64,000 nucleotides of DNA from Deltaproteobacteria bacterium (GTDB taxonomy: Bacteria > Desulfobacterota > Desulfobulbia > Desulfobulbales > SURF-16), in NCBI GenBank assembly GCA_016219175.1, contig JACRCD010000017.1, forward strand, positions 36,446 to 100,445, read 5' to 3'. Each line of letters begins with the position of its first letter. Within the stretch, counting starts at the first letter, position 1. Position numbers and translations under genes: made by a program. The notes beneath the pieces are model-generated. The model saw only the letters and a program-made list of their open reading frames with translations, was not told where the DNA came from and did no database searches. Below, in pieces: positions 53,720 through 63,452 of this stretch.

Positions 53720-56700
53720 CTATCTGGCCCCATTCTTCCTGACCGCTTCCCTGGCTGCATTCTTTGCTTTCGGGGTCACGCGCTTTGTCTCGGGCGCACT
53801 CTTTTTATTTTTCGGCCCTGGCTTTTTGCTTTTCAGGGGTGCTATGACACGCAGCTCCTTTTCCTTGGGAACGGGAGGCGCCCCGCTTGTGACATTTTCA
53901 GCCGGTGGGGGCAAAACCTCTACGGCAGGGACTGCGGCCGGGAGGGGTTTCAGCTGCTTGGCCGGGTCAATGGGAGGCAGATCCGGCGCCACCAGGGGCT
54001 GCAGGCGTGGCAGCATCAGCCGCAGGATGCTGACCGGCAGTGAACTGGTAAACTCGAAGTCCGCCGCATCCGCACCAGGCACGAAGGCGGTGAGTGTTCC
54101 ATAAAAGCGGTCACCGATGTAAAAAACGAAGGTTGCCGAGCGGTTGACAACCTTGGATTCCTTGCCGCCGCCCGGTCTGTAGGTCACATATCGGTGATCG
54201 CCCGTTCCGGTTTTGCCGCCGATGGCGACTTCCGTACCATCAGCCCCCACCAGGGCGCGATTGATGCGGGCAGCGGTGCCGTTCTGCACGATGTCACGCA
54301 AGACGGCGCGCACGGACCGGGCCACCTCGGCCGGCATGACCCGCTCTCCTTCCATCGGCTGGCGCTGCAAAATAGTTTCATAGGGGGTTCCCTGGGCGAA
54401 ATGCAGGGAAGTGATCAGGGCGGCTGGCGGCCGCACGCCGTCATTGACCAGAATGGACATCAGTTCGGCCAGGGCGGACGGCCGGTCGGCCGAGGAACCG
54501 ATGGAGGTGGCAAAGGAGGGAACCAGGGAGTTAAAGGGATAGCCCTGGCGCTTCCAGTCTTTGTGGATCTCCAGGAAGGCCTCCACCTCGATCAGGCTGC
54601 GGATCCGCCGATCCTGGGCATTTTTGCGGTTATTGCGCATCAGCCAGCTGTAAACTTCGAGACGTTGTTTCTGGCTGTCCGCCACAATAGCCTCCCAGTC
54701 CGCCTGGGGGTGACTTCTCATATATCCGGCCAGCCACAGTTCAAGGGGATGAATCTGGGCGATATAGCCCTGATCAGCCAACGAGAACTTATCAGGCCCG
54801 AACTGCTCGTAATATTTTTTTAAGGTTTCATTTTTTGTTTCCTTGAAGCCGGGCAGATTTTTTTTCATGAAATCGAAAAACTGATCCTGTGTCGCCTCCG
54901 GCACGAGATAGCGATGCGCCCCGGCCAGCCGGCGCGGGGTGGGCCGGATGCTGGACACCAGTGTCTCCAGGATCTGGGCGGCTGTTTTCCCTTTGTATTT
55001 GTGATAAAAACGGAGCATGAAGACCTTGCTCTCCTGATCGGCGAACCGTTCCAGATAATCACGGCGGGCCGGGTTGTTCATATCCTCCAGGATACGGGCC
55101 GAGGATCCCGGCACCTGCAGCATGTAATGCCGGACGATATCCCGCATCATGCGGATAAAGACCAGGTTCACCGAATGGCGCATGGCCAGGCGCACCGGCA
55201 TGACCTTGACATCATCCTCCCTGCTGAAGTTTGAAAAGGTATGATTACCGCCAGCCGTGTAGAAAACCTCCTTGGGGCTGGCCGAATACTGGCGGTCCAG
55301 GGCCGCCTCCAGCATGGCCGCGAGGCTTTTGTCCCCGGCGGTCCGCAGATAGTCAACCGCCCAGCTGGAAAGCCGGTCATTAGGGCTGATCCGCAGGCTG
55401 GCCAGGGATTTATCGTCCAGCTGCGCATACTGTTCATGCAGCCCGGCCATGATCTGCAAATAGGTGACCAGGGTGCGCAATTTTGCCGTGGAACCCAGAT
55501 CAAGCTTGGTGCCGAGATTAATATCAAAGGGCTGGTCCAGATTGTCCGTCTGCACCCGGGGCATGGCGCCGTTTGGCCCCAGCTCGTAAAGGTTGAAGCT
55601 GTAAATCACCTTGGCCGGATCGCCATGGGACAACATGCGCTGAACCGTCAGGCCGTTCTGTTGCAGAAACTGGGGATCCTTCAACTGCATCAGGAAATCG
55701 GTCACCCCTTTCTGCGCCTCGCTATGCAGGGTGCTTGCCACGGTCAGGTCCAGCCGGTCCAGATCATAGAAACGGGAGGAACCCAGCATGTCGGCCAGCT
55801 GCAGCCGCACCATGCTGGAGGCCTTGCGGCTGACAAACGAACCACTATCCTGGGCCGGCCGGTTGGTGTCGAAACGCAACGCCACCTTCAAGGCTTCATC
55901 CCGCAGCTCTTGGCTGACCACCTTCTCCCTGGCCAGCACCCGCAGCAGGGTGTTGGTCTGCTCGTCAAGCTGGGCCGGACCCTCCAGCAGAAAACCGGAG
56001 GGCCGGCGCTGGGCCACGATCAGGCTCAGGGCGTGCTTGAACATCCAGGCCTTGTCCGTCAACCCCTGCCCTGTTTCCTCGGCTGCCAGGGCCTGGTTGA
56101 AAGCGGCGAAATCCACGCCATACCAGGCCCACATGCCGTCGCCGATGCCGTTAACCTCCCCCACCCCGCCCGCGGCGGACAGGGGGACGGTATTAAGGTA
56201 CTCGTAAACGATCCGTTGCCGGGCCACAGTGGTGTCTTCTCCGTCCAGGTAGACCCGCAATGAGGCAGAGGCTATCTGCCGCAGTTTGTCGGCCGCTGTC
56301 CGGGTCAAACCATCGGGTGAATGACGGTATTTCTCAATCTGGGTGGCCAGTGTGCTGCCGCCCGGCACATCGTGGGATGGATTGAAAAACTGAATGCCCT
56401 TATCCACCACGGCCTTGGCAAGCCGGTCCCATTCAATGGCCGGATTGCGGGTGGGATATTGAGGATTCATTAATTCGCGGTTTTCAATAAACAGCAGACT
56501 GTCCACCAGCACCCCGGGAATCGAGGCATAATCCGGGTAAAGCCGTTCCGGATAACGCGCGGAGAAAAGCGGCTCGTTTTTACCGTCCAGTATGGTGAGC
56601 CCTCCCTGGACCTTTTCATGATAGGCCGGAAACAGACCGAACCGGTTCAAATTATAAAGGTCAGGGGAAAAACGAGCCTGCTGTTCAATGGCAAATCCCT

Positions 56701-56989
56701 TGGCGGTCAAGGCCTTCAGATACTCGGGAAGATGGGTATAACCCATGCGGATATCGTAGCTGCCGTACTCAGGATAATGGACAGCCTTGCTTGGGCCCGA
56801 TTCCATTGAGAAGGAAAGTTTTCCGCCAAGCTCCGCCAGATTCCTGGCCTGATAGCGTGAAGTGGGAAGTTCCGTGGCGAGAAACCAGGTCGCCAGGCCA
56901 ACGATGAGCAGAGTAACAAGCAAAATCGTGCCGACAAACAGCCTGAGCAGAGGCCTTTTTTTTATGCGCCGCTTATAGAGTTGAGACAT
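53720..56989 (-). CDS. atypically long class-A penicillin-binding-protein-like transglycosylase/transpeptidase
   Basis: N-terminal TM. GT51-like IENREL...GGSTLATQIEKY. Transpeptidase-like motifs are STAK, SVN and KTGTG. The tail is Pro/Lys-rich and low-complexity. Confidence 0.75.
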   Translation of the reverse strand: MSQLYKRRIKKRPLLRLFVGTILLVTLLIVGLATWFLATELPTSRYQARNLAELGGKLSFSMESGPSKAVHYPEYGSYDIRMGYTHLPEYLKALTAKGFAIEQQARFSPDLYNLNRFGLFPAYHEKVQGGLTILDGKNEPLFSARYPERLYPDYASIPGVLVDSLLFIENRELMNPQYPTRNPAIEWDRLAKAVVDKGIQFFNPSHDVPGGSTLATQIEKYRHSPDGLTRTAADKLRQIASASLRVYLDGEDTTVARQRIVYEYLNTVPLSAAGGVGEVNGIGDGMWAWYGVDFAAFNQALAAEETGQGLTDKAWMFKHALSLIVAQRRPSGFLLEGPAQLDEQTNTLLRVLAREKVVSQELRDEALKVALRFDTNRPAQDSGSFVSRKASSMVRLQLADMLGSSRFYDLDRLDLTVASTLHSEAQKGVTDFLMQLKDPQFLQQNGLTVQRMLSHGDPAKVIYSFNLYELGPNGAMPRVQTDNLDQPFDINLGTKLDLGSTAKLRTLVTYLQIMAGLHEQYAQLDDKSLASLRISPNDRLSSWAVDYLRTAGDKSLAAMLEAALDRQYSASPKEVFYTAGGNHTFSNFSREDDVKVMPVRLAMRHSVNLVFIRMMRDIVRHYMLQVPGSSARILEDMNNPARRDYLERFADQESKVFMLRFYHKYKGKTAAQILETLVSSIRPTPRRLAGAHRYLVPEATQDQFFDFMKKNLPGFKETKNETLKKYYEQFGPDKFSLADQGYIAQIHPLELWLAGYMRSHPQADWEAIVADSQKQRLEVYSWLMRNNRKNAQDRRIRSLIEVEAFLEIHKDWKRQGYPFNSLVPSFATSIGSSADRPSALAELMSILVNDGVRPPAALITSLHFAQGTPYETILQRQPMEGERVMPAEVARSVRAVLRDIVQNGTAARINRALVGADGTEVAIGGKTGTGDHRYVTYRPGGGKESKVVNRSATFVFYIGDRFYGTLTAFVPGADAADFEFTSSLPVSILRLMLPRLQPLVAPDLPPIDPAKQLKPLPAAVPAVEVLPPPAENVTSGAPPVPKEKELRVIAPLKSKKPGPKNKKSAPETKRVTPKAKNAAREAVRKNGAR

Positions 56990-57052
56990 TGAACACTTAC
57001 CGTTACTTATCCATTTGGATTCAGGTGGAAGAGAGGATAATAAAGTTTGATG

Positions 57053-57082
57053 CTTGACTCCGTTATGCTATCTGCCATATAA
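57053..57082 (+). promoter_or_regulatory. putative sigma70 promoter (TTGACT-18 nt-TATAAT)
   Basis: -35 at 57053-57058 and a consensus -10 at 57077-57082, giving a ~120-nt leader before the PilZ gene (GGAGG SD). Confidence 0.45.
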
Positions 57083-57208
57083 TTTAAAATGAGCATATTT
57101 TTTACAACCTGTCAGGAGGAAGCGGGTTTAATAATCCGGCTGAAAATCCTATCAGCAAGAAGCAACAAACGAAGAGCATGCTTAATAAATATTTTCGGAG
57201 GTGCATAA

Positions 57209-57559
57209 ATGAACATTATGGAGCAAAGAAAACATCTACGGCATATTCCTTCCGCAAAGACCTTTGTCTACACACCAGACAGCTTCGGGCGGATCATTAA
57301 CATCAGCGAGGGCGGCTTTTCACTGCAATATATCGATGTGGAATCGCCGATCCGCAAAAAAGAAATCGTGGACATTCTGCTCGGCAACCTCTCGCTGAAC
57401 AGGGTTCCCATAACAGTTGTCTGGGACAGCCTTGCCGAGTCCGCGATCAAGGATTCCCTGATAATGAGCCGGGTTGGCTTAAGGTTTGACAAACTGACCC
57501 CTCAGCAGAAAGCCATGATTCATTTTTTCATATCCCAGCCTATCAGTGTCCATGCCTAA
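57209..57559 (+). CDS. PilZ domain protein
   Basis: QRKHLR (RxxxR) and NISEGGFS (D/NxSxxG) c-di-GMP-binding motifs. Confidence 0.8.
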   Translation: MNIMEQRKHLRHIPSAKTFVYTPDSFGRIINISEGGFSLQYIDVESPIRKKEIVDILLGNLSLNRVPITVVWDSLAESAIKDSLIMSRVGLRFDKLTPQQKAMIHFFISQPISVHA

Positions 57560-57594
57560 ATAATGGATTAAGCAAACTTTATGGAGGGTTTCCC

Positions 57595-58365
57595 CTAATT
57601 TTTCTTTTTGGCCTGCAGGGTCGGCATGCCTGCCAGCACCATTTTCAGCCAATCAAAACCAAAGGTGAGCAGCGCCTCGTCATCGGTTTCCACTGCTCTG
57701 ACGCGCGCCGCGGGCAACTTGAACTGCCCGAGCAGGTTGTGCTGGCGAACATAGTCCCTGAATCCGTCAAGGTTGTAACAAACCAGGAAGGCAAGCTTCT
57801 GTCTTGGCCCGGCCGCCCCTTCGCCCGCCCAGGGATTTTTTGCAAAAAGCGTATCCATTTCCGCCCATTGGTCAGCCATGGCGTTATGAAAAAGCAGCTG
57901 CTGATTGCGCAGCCACTCTTTCACTGTCCATTCCTGCTCTTCATCATGCCCTTTGCAGTACTCGTGCTTCGTCAGGAAAAAAAACTCCTCAGCCCGGCCT
58001 TTCTCAAGAGTACGGTCAACACCGCGCTCCAGAGGATACATGCGGCAGGAAAAGGGCCGGTGTTCATAAACAGTGCAGCCGGCCGGTCCGAGGAAAGGGC
58101 AGCTCCGGACATCGGTCATCTTCATCATGAGTGACGGGAAAAAAGGATTTGCCCCTTGCACAACCCGCACATATTTTTCCAGGAACTCCTCGGAACGGAT
58201 GCCAAGGCAATTTTTCAGGGCAATGATATCATGGGGGTAAAGGAACATATCCACATTCCGGCAGCAGGTCATAAAGCAGGACACGCCGGGATGGCAGGAA
58301 AATGAAAATTTCGACTTAGCCAGAGGGACCATGCCCTCGGGAAAGATTTTTTCTTGTTTACTCAT
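57595..58365 (-). CDS. YkgJ-family (UPF0153) Cys-cluster protein
   Basis: FSCHPGVSCFMTCCRN Cys cluster plus a later C..C motif. ATG 58365 (MSKQEK) is preferred over the longer ORF. Confidence 0.65.
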   Translation of the reverse strand: MSKQEKIFPEGMVPLAKSKFSFSCHPGVSCFMTCCRNVDMFLYPHDIIALKNCLGIRSEEFLEKYVRVVQGANPFFPSLMMKMTDVRSCPFLGPAGCTVYEHRPFSCRMYPLERGVDRTLEKGRAEEFFFLTKHEYCKGHDEEQEWTVKEWLRNQQLLFHNAMADQWAEMDTLFAKNPWAGEGAAGPRQKLAFLVCYNLDGFRDYVRQHNLLGQFKLPAARVRAVETDDEALLTFGFDWLKMVLAGMPTLQAKKKN

Positions 58366-58493
58366 ATAGTTCTTTGATATCTCTTTGTTATCCAATAAAA
58401 GCAAATCACCGCAAAGCACAGGAAGTTACCATTTGCGCAACTGAAGGTCAAGTCAAGGATTGTGCTTACAGGGACGGCTATTTCCATACATAG

Positions 58494-58621
58494 CGACATA
58501 AGCTCGAGACGCCTGGCTGGCAAGGAATAAGCGAGGAGGCCGGCGGAGCAGCCTGATAGCGCTGTGAGCAGGCCACCGCAGCGAATGACGCAGCAAGGCG
58601 GGATGGATCGGACTTATGTCG
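58494..58621. ncRNA. candidate structured RNA core (family and strand unknown)
   Basis: Nested complementary segments: 58494-58502/58613-58621 (9 bp), 58511-58519/58591-58599 (8 of 9), 58543-58546/58576-58579 and 58551-58555/58569-58573. It sits in a ~340-nt interval with only implausible ORFs. Confidence 0.25.
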
Positions 58622-58764
58622 TGGTGTATAGCCGCGGGCGGGATTGACAAGGGGACAGACACGGCAAACCACGAAAGCCGGGTCACGCAACAAAGGTGCG
58701 AACTCGCTAAAAAGGCTTAACTGTTCAAGGGTTAGTGGCAAAAAAATGGTCGTTCCATCAATCT

Positions 58765-59025
58765 TCAGCTGTAGATAAAAACATAGCAGTCATTATTGAT
58801 GCTGATCCTGAGCCGTCCCCCATGGTTGCGGCCATAGACCTCCCAACCGGGCGTCCCCCGCAGTTCACATTTCACGCAGGCTGGGGAGTGCTTCCCCCGG
58901 TCCCGGTCACTCCAGGCCATCAGCATGGGTTCTTCCCCATCCTTTCCGGCAATGACCTGGGCAATCTTCCTGGCTGCTTCATAATCCAGGGCAAGACCTT
59001 GCACCGCCACCTCGATATCAACCAT
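58765..59025 (-). CDS. small conserved hypothetical protein
   Basis: 86 aa with protein-like composition (…MLMAWSDRDRGKHSP...PGWEVYGRNHGG.L.I.I...Y.F.Y). Starts 22 nt after the MCP stop. I vaguely recall a similar archaeal/deltaproteobacterial family but cannot verify it. Confidence 0.5.
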   Translation of the reverse strand: MVDIEVAVQGLALDYEAARKIAQVIAGKDGEEPMLMAWSDRDRGKHSPACVKCELRGTPGWEVYGRNHGGRLRISINNDCYVFIYS

Positions 59026-59047
59026 GGTCTTTCACCCCGCCGGACTT

Positions 59048-60823
59048 TCATGAGGCATGGAGACGGAATTCGCTGACAAGATTCTTCAGGCTGCCGGCAA
59101 GCTGGGCAAGCTCCGAGGAGGCATCGGAGATATGAAAGACTCGCCCCGAACAGCTTGTCACGATACTGTTTACCTCATTGATGTTGGCATCGGCATCATT
59201 AGCCTTTAGCGCCAGTTCATTGATGGCCTTGGCAATATTATTGGCGCCGTCGTTGACATCGGCGATATTTGCCGCAATCTGGTTTGCTTCCTGAGACTGC
59301 GCTTCAACAGCATCGCTTATCTGTTGCGATGACTTATTAACCCCCTTGATGGTTTCCGAGACTTCGGAAATAACATTGACCGCCTCCCCGGTGCTGCCCT
59401 GCACCTGATTAATAAGAATAGCAATGTTCTCGGCGGCGGCGGCGCTCTGTTTGGCCAGCTCCTTCACCTCCCCGGCCACCACGGCGAACCCCTTGCCGGC
59501 CTCCCCCGCCCTGGCCGCCTCAATGGTGGCGTTCAGGGCCAGCAGTTTTGTCTGTTCGGTTATCTCGTTAATAGCCGTGGTAACCTTGCCGATCTCAATG
59601 GCGGTGTCATGCAGGGAAAGAATGGTTTTTGTCGCTTTATCCGCCATATGGATGGCGGACTCGGTCACCCGGGCGCCATCCTTGGCGCTGTTGCCGATTT
59701 CCGTGATAGCCTTTGACATTCTCTCCGTGGTCAGCGCGACCGTTGCCATGTTTTCCGACATCTTCCGGGCCGTGGCCGTAACATCCTGGACATAGCTGCT
59801 GATGCCGCTGATGCTGGCGGTGGCATCGACGGTCTTGGCGGTCATCGTTTCAGCACCTTCGGCCAGCTGCATGGAATGCAGGGACATGGAGTCCGAGGAT
59901 TGCGACAGCCGCGTGGCGTTGGTCTGCACATCTTTTATCATGGCGGAAAGATTTTCCACCATCTTCTGCAGAGAGAGACCAAGGGCATCCTGCTGCGAGG
60001 CAATCTGCACATCACGGGTCAAATCGCCGGTGGCAATGGATTCAGCCACGGAACTCTTCTGGGCCACGCTTTGCACCATGAGGTTCAAGGCGCTGGCCAT
60101 GGCGCCCAGCTCGTCTTTCGTGTTGATGTCCAGATGATGCGACACATCACCTTCCGCCACCCTCCGGGCAAAGGCCACGGTTTTCTCCAAGGGACGGACG
60201 GTGCTGAGGAAGGTGACAATGGACAGACACAAGACGATGGGCACGGTAATCCCGAAAATAATGAGGTTAAGCCAGTTGCTGTGCCGGGAAAGGTCCTGGA
60301 TCTGGTTTAACGAACCCTCCAGGTCAGAGCGGGCCATCTGCTGCAGGCTCTCGGTAAATTCATGGTATTTTTTTTTCTGGGCCTTGAATTCTTCCTCAGC
60401 GGCAAAAGCCTCGACATAAGCCTGACCTATGGCAAGATTAACCCATTTTGCCCCGGCCTGAAACATATTCTCGGTCAATTTCTCCAGTTCCGCGAATGAT
60501 TCCCGTATCTTTTCGTTCCTGGTTACGGAGCTTGTTTCCTTGATCTTTTTAATCAGCTCATCCTTAAAAATTTTTGACTTATTCAACCGGTCGAGGGATT
60601 CCGTGCTGGCGCTGATTTCCACATCCGTCACCAGGGTGCCGGCCTCAAAACCGACCTTTTCAACGGCAATGGCCGTAACAAATTTTTCCTCCTTGACCGC
60701 CTTGCCGATAGCAATATTCTTATTCAGCGCTTTCGTCCCGTTCAGAAAAACAATCAACAGGCCAAGCAGCGAAGCACTGATCATGACAATCATTTTGGTC
60801 TTTATGGTCGGGGCAAAAAGCAT
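59048..60823 (-). CDS. methyl-accepting chemotaxis protein
   Basis: N-terminal TM, sensor region, TM, HAMP, and the signalling domain [36 protein letters not shown]. Confidence 0.9.
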   Translation of the reverse strand: MLFAPTIKTKMIVMISASLLGLLIVFLNGTKALNKNIAIGKAVKEEKFVTAIAVEKVGFEAGTLVTDVEISASTESLDRLNKSKIFKDELIKKIKETSSVTRNEKIRESFAELEKLTENMFQAGAKWVNLAIGQAYVEAFAAEEEFKAQKKKYHEFTESLQQMARSDLEGSLNQIQDLSRHSNWLNLIIFGITVPIVLCLSIVTFLSTVRPLEKTVAFARRVAEGDVSHHLDINTKDELGAMASALNLMVQSVAQKSSVAESIATGDLTRDVQIASQQDALGLSLQKMVENLSAMIKDVQTNATRLSQSSDSMSLHSMQLAEGAETMTAKTVDATASISGISSYVQDVTATARKMSENMATVALTTERMSKAITEIGNSAKDGARVTESAIHMADKATKTILSLHDTAIEIGKVTTAINEITEQTKLLALNATIEAARAGEAGKGFAVVAGEVKELAKQSAAAAENIAILINQVQGSTGEAVNVISEVSETIKGVNKSSQQISDAVEAQSQEANQIAANIADVNDGANNIAKAINELALKANDADANINEVNSIVTSCSGRVFHISDASSELAQLAGSLKNLVSEFRLHAS

Positions 60824-61066
60824 GGTAAATCCTCGCAGAAATTATTTGACAAGCAACAAAAGTGAATTTCCGATAACCAATTGCTAATTTTAAAAGATTA
60901 TAGGGGCGGCAAGGTGAGAAGAAAAGTTATTTTTTCTAACCGCTTATTTTTTTTATAAATTTACGCATGATATCGGCATTGCTCCGTTAATAACGCCTCA
61001 AAAAAATAATGCGCCGGGTTGGCCGGGGGCGCTGTGTAAATTTCCGTCCGGCCATACCTTTTTTCT

Positions 61067-61096
61067 TTGATTTTCCCGCGGGTTTCTCCATATAAT
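61067..61096 (+). promoter_or_regulatory. putative sigma70 promoter (TTGATT-18 nt-TATAAT)
   Basis: Consensus -10 at 61091-61096, about 70 nt upstream of ATG 61169 (AAGGAGG SD). Confidence 0.4.
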
Positions 61097-61168
61097 CATT
61101 TACATTAATATTAATAACATCGAAGCTGGGCTTGCGAACCAATAACCACAAAAAAGGAGGTTGTATTC

Positions 61169-61903
61169 ATGACAATGCTGCGTATCACCCGTTTGGTTTC
61201 TTTCATGATCTTCTGCTGCTTTCTTCTGCAGGCAACCCTTGTCTCAGCGGCCGGGAAATTCACCCTCATCTCCACCGCCGACTTAAAACAGAAACTTGAC
61301 GCCAAGGAACCCCTCATTCTGGTAAACGCTTTAAGCTCCATAGAACACAACGAATTGGCCATTGCCGGCTCAATCAACATCCCCAGCAACAGGGTCACCG
61401 CGGATAACCCTCTCATGCCGGCCGACAAAGCTGGCCTGCTTATTTTCTACTGCAAAGGACCCAAATGCACCAAAAGCAAGGAGGCCGCCGACAAGGCCAT
61501 GGCCCTGGGCTATACCAATGTCATGGTTTACGATGAGGGTCTGCCCGACTGGGCCAAGAACCGTTACCCCGTTGAGACACATGTTGACTACCCGAAAATC
61601 GAGTTCCCGCGCCTCGCGCCCAAGGATGTGCAGGCCCAGGCGGCAAGCGCCGTCTTGCTTGACATCCGCGGCGAGGAGGTCATAGAGGTCGGTAAAATAA
61701 AAGGCGCCATCAACATTTCTCTGGCGGATTTAGATCAGAAATTCGACACCCTGCCCAAGGATAAAAAAATTATCATCATTGACCACGCGGGCAAACAGGT
61801 TAATATCTGCGGTAAATTTCTGACCATGAAGGGTTGTACCGATCTTGCCGTCATGGAGGGTGGGGTGCTGGCCTGGAAGCGTGACGGGCTGCCCACCGAG
61901 TAA
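61169..61903 (+). CDS. secreted tandem rhodanese-like domain protein
   Basis: Signal peptide. Two rhodanese-like halves; the first has the YCKGPKC loop, the second lacks an obvious catalytic Cys loop. Confidence 0.75.
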   Translation: MTMLRITRLVSFMIFCCFLLQATLVSAAGKFTLISTADLKQKLDAKEPLILVNALSSIEHNELAIAGSINIPSNRVTADNPLMPADKAGLLIFYCKGPKCTKSKEAADKAMALGYTNVMVYDEGLPDWAKNRYPVETHVDYPKIEFPRLAPKDVQAQAASAVLLDIRGEEVIEVGKIKGAINISLADLDQKFDTLPKDKKIIIIDHAGKQVNICGKFLTMKGCTDLAVMEGGVLAWKRDGLPTE

Positions 61904-61930
61904 TCTTTCGCGAGAATTCAGCACGCGGCA

Positions 61931-61968
61931 AAAGGAGATGCCTCACCAGCGGGACATCTCCTTTTTTT
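61931..61968 (+). terminator. rho-independent terminator
   Basis: AAAGGAGATG...CATCTCCTTT stem followed by a T7 run (61962-61968), 28 nt after the rhodanese stop. Confidence 0.7.
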
Positions 61969-62015
61969 CATACCGCTTACCTAACCATCCGAGCAGTTAC
62001 GAGTGAGAAATATTT

Positions 62016-63452
62016 ATGCGGATCGGCAGCAAAAGAAAACTCTACTTCTTTTTCCTTCTTCTTTTCGCCACCTCGGGCGCAATCATCGTATACGCCCTGC
62101 TGGCCACCAAGGAATTCAACCGGGAGGTAAACAAGGTCAGCCAGCTTGTTTATCCGGGGACAAAAATCGCCATTGAAATAAAGGGCATGGTGACCCATGT
62201 CATTGAAAAGTTCAATCTGTCACGGGCTGCCGGCACCGAAAGCGAGCTGGTCAATATCACGGCCATGGATAAACAGATTACCGCCCAGTTGGCACAGCTG
62301 CGGAATCTGTACGGCGAAAACAGCGCCGGCGCTACTCAGGGTGCGGCCATCAAGGAGACCTATCAGCAATCCTTTCAGGCGGGACTGAAAATGATATCCG
62401 CCAGTGTCGCCCAGGACTACGGGGAAGAAGCAAGCTGGACGGAAAAATTCGATGCCTCAAACAAGAATCTCATGCAAACGCTTAATGAAATCGTGGAGGA
62501 CAGCACAGCAAGTCACAATCAGGCAATGGATCATGTCCTTGAGGTCAGCAAACATCTTAACCGGGTTCTTCTTTTTTCCATCGGCCTGATGCTGGTGATC
62601 GGCGTGATGATCTTCTATATGATCTCCCTGATCTCGCGGCAGCTGGACTGGATGAGCAATGAATCAACCATAGCCACCAGAGGACTGCTGGACGCCATCG
62701 ATAACATTAATGCCATGTCCGCCCAGCTTGCCGTTGAAACAGGCACATCCTCGGCTTCGCTTGACAAGATCGTCACCACCATGGACCAGATGACCATGCA
62801 GGGCAAGGAAAATCTGGAGGCCGCCCGCACCGCCGATCAGGCCGCCAACACCCTGTACAGTACGGCAAGCCGCTCCAACAAATCGATTAACGATGTTGTT
62901 GAGGCCATGACGGCTATGGTTGAAGCGGACAGGGAAATCTCCTCTCTGGTCAAAACCATTGAAGACATAGCCTTCCAGACCAATCTGCTGGCCTTGAATG
63001 CCGCGGTCGAAGCGGCCAGGGCCGGGGCAGCCGGGGCCGGATTCGCCGTGGTGGCTGACGAGGTGAGAAATCTTGCCACACGAACCACGGAAACATCCAG
63101 CATGGTGGCCAACATCATTACCCGTCTTGACGAAAAAGTTGCATCCGGCGTGACCATGGTCAACAACCTGAAGACGACATTTACGGAAATCAACGCCGGA
63201 TCCGACTCGGTTGTCCGGCAGATGGCCAAGATCATGGAAACGGGCAGCCGGCAGGCTGATACCGAAGAAAAAATCCGCGAGGCCGTCACCTCCATCGATG
63301 ACATGGTCCAGTCCCAGGCCGCCATGTCGGAAGAAGGCTCGGCCACGGTTCTGGATGTGAAGGAGCAGGTGGAACGGCTGCACATGATGATGAACAGGCT
63401 GATGATTTTCTGGGATGGAACATTGAAAAAGCCGCCGGCAAATGATCAGTGA
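62016..63452 (+). CDS. methyl-accepting chemotaxis protein
   Basis: TM-sensor-TM architecture with signalling domain AFQTNLLALNAAVEAARAGAAGAGFAVVADEVRNLA. Confidence 0.9.
   Translation: MRIGSKRKLYFFFLLLFATSGAIIVYALLATKEFNREVNKVSQLVYPGTKIAIEIKGMVTHVIEKFNLSRAAGTESELVNITAMDKQITAQLAQLRNLYGENSAGATQGAAIKETYQQSFQAGLKMISASVAQDYGEEASWTEKFDASNKNLMQTLNEIVEDSTASHNQAMDHVLEVSKHLNRVLLFSIGLMLVIGVMIFYMISLISRQLDWMSNESTIATRGLLDAIDNINAMSAQLAVETGTSSASLDKIVTTMDQMTMQGKENLEAARTADQAANTLYSTASRSNKSINDVVEAMTAMVEADREISSLVKTIEDIAFQTNLLALNAAVEAARAGAAGAGFAVVADEVRNLATRTTETSSMVANIITRLDEKVASGVTMVNNLKTTFTEINAGSDSVVRQMAKIMETGSRQADTEEKIREAVTSIDDMVQSQAAMSEEGSATVLDVKEQVERLHMMMNRLMIFWDGTLKKPPANDQ

Noticed and set aside
55241-56263. 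340-aa plus-strand ORF (and similar ORFs at 54194..54823 and 8355..9221)
   Set aside because: They are antisense to the PBP-like gene and the hydrogenase large subunit respectively, and are shadow ORFs.
58672-58690. RNase P P4-like ACCCGGCTT on the minus strand, and SRP-RNA-like AUGACGC...CGGGAUG on the plus strand
   Set aside because: The obligatory partner motifs (GGAAAGUCCGGGC for RNase P; GGAAGCAGCC after a GNRA loop with symmetric pairing for SRP) are not present at compatible positions.
58655-58700. c-di-GMP-I (GEMM-I)-like string GGCAAACC..GAAAG..GGG.ACGCAA.AAAG near a PilZ gene
   Set aside because: The P2 stem cannot be formed (CCAC versus GCCGGG). The second half of the aptamer is absent. 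No plus-strand gene lies downstream, since the plus ORF 58735..59076 is antisense to a better minus-strand gene.
58661-58720. tmRNA-like tag reading frame (GCAAACCACGAAAGC...GCTTAA resembles GCAAACGACGAAAAC...GCUUAA of SsrA)
   Set aside because: The encoded peptide (ANHESRVTQQRCELAKKA) lacks the hydrophobic ALAA-type end. There is no GGGG...acceptor 5' end and no T-arm/CCA 3' end nearby on either strand.
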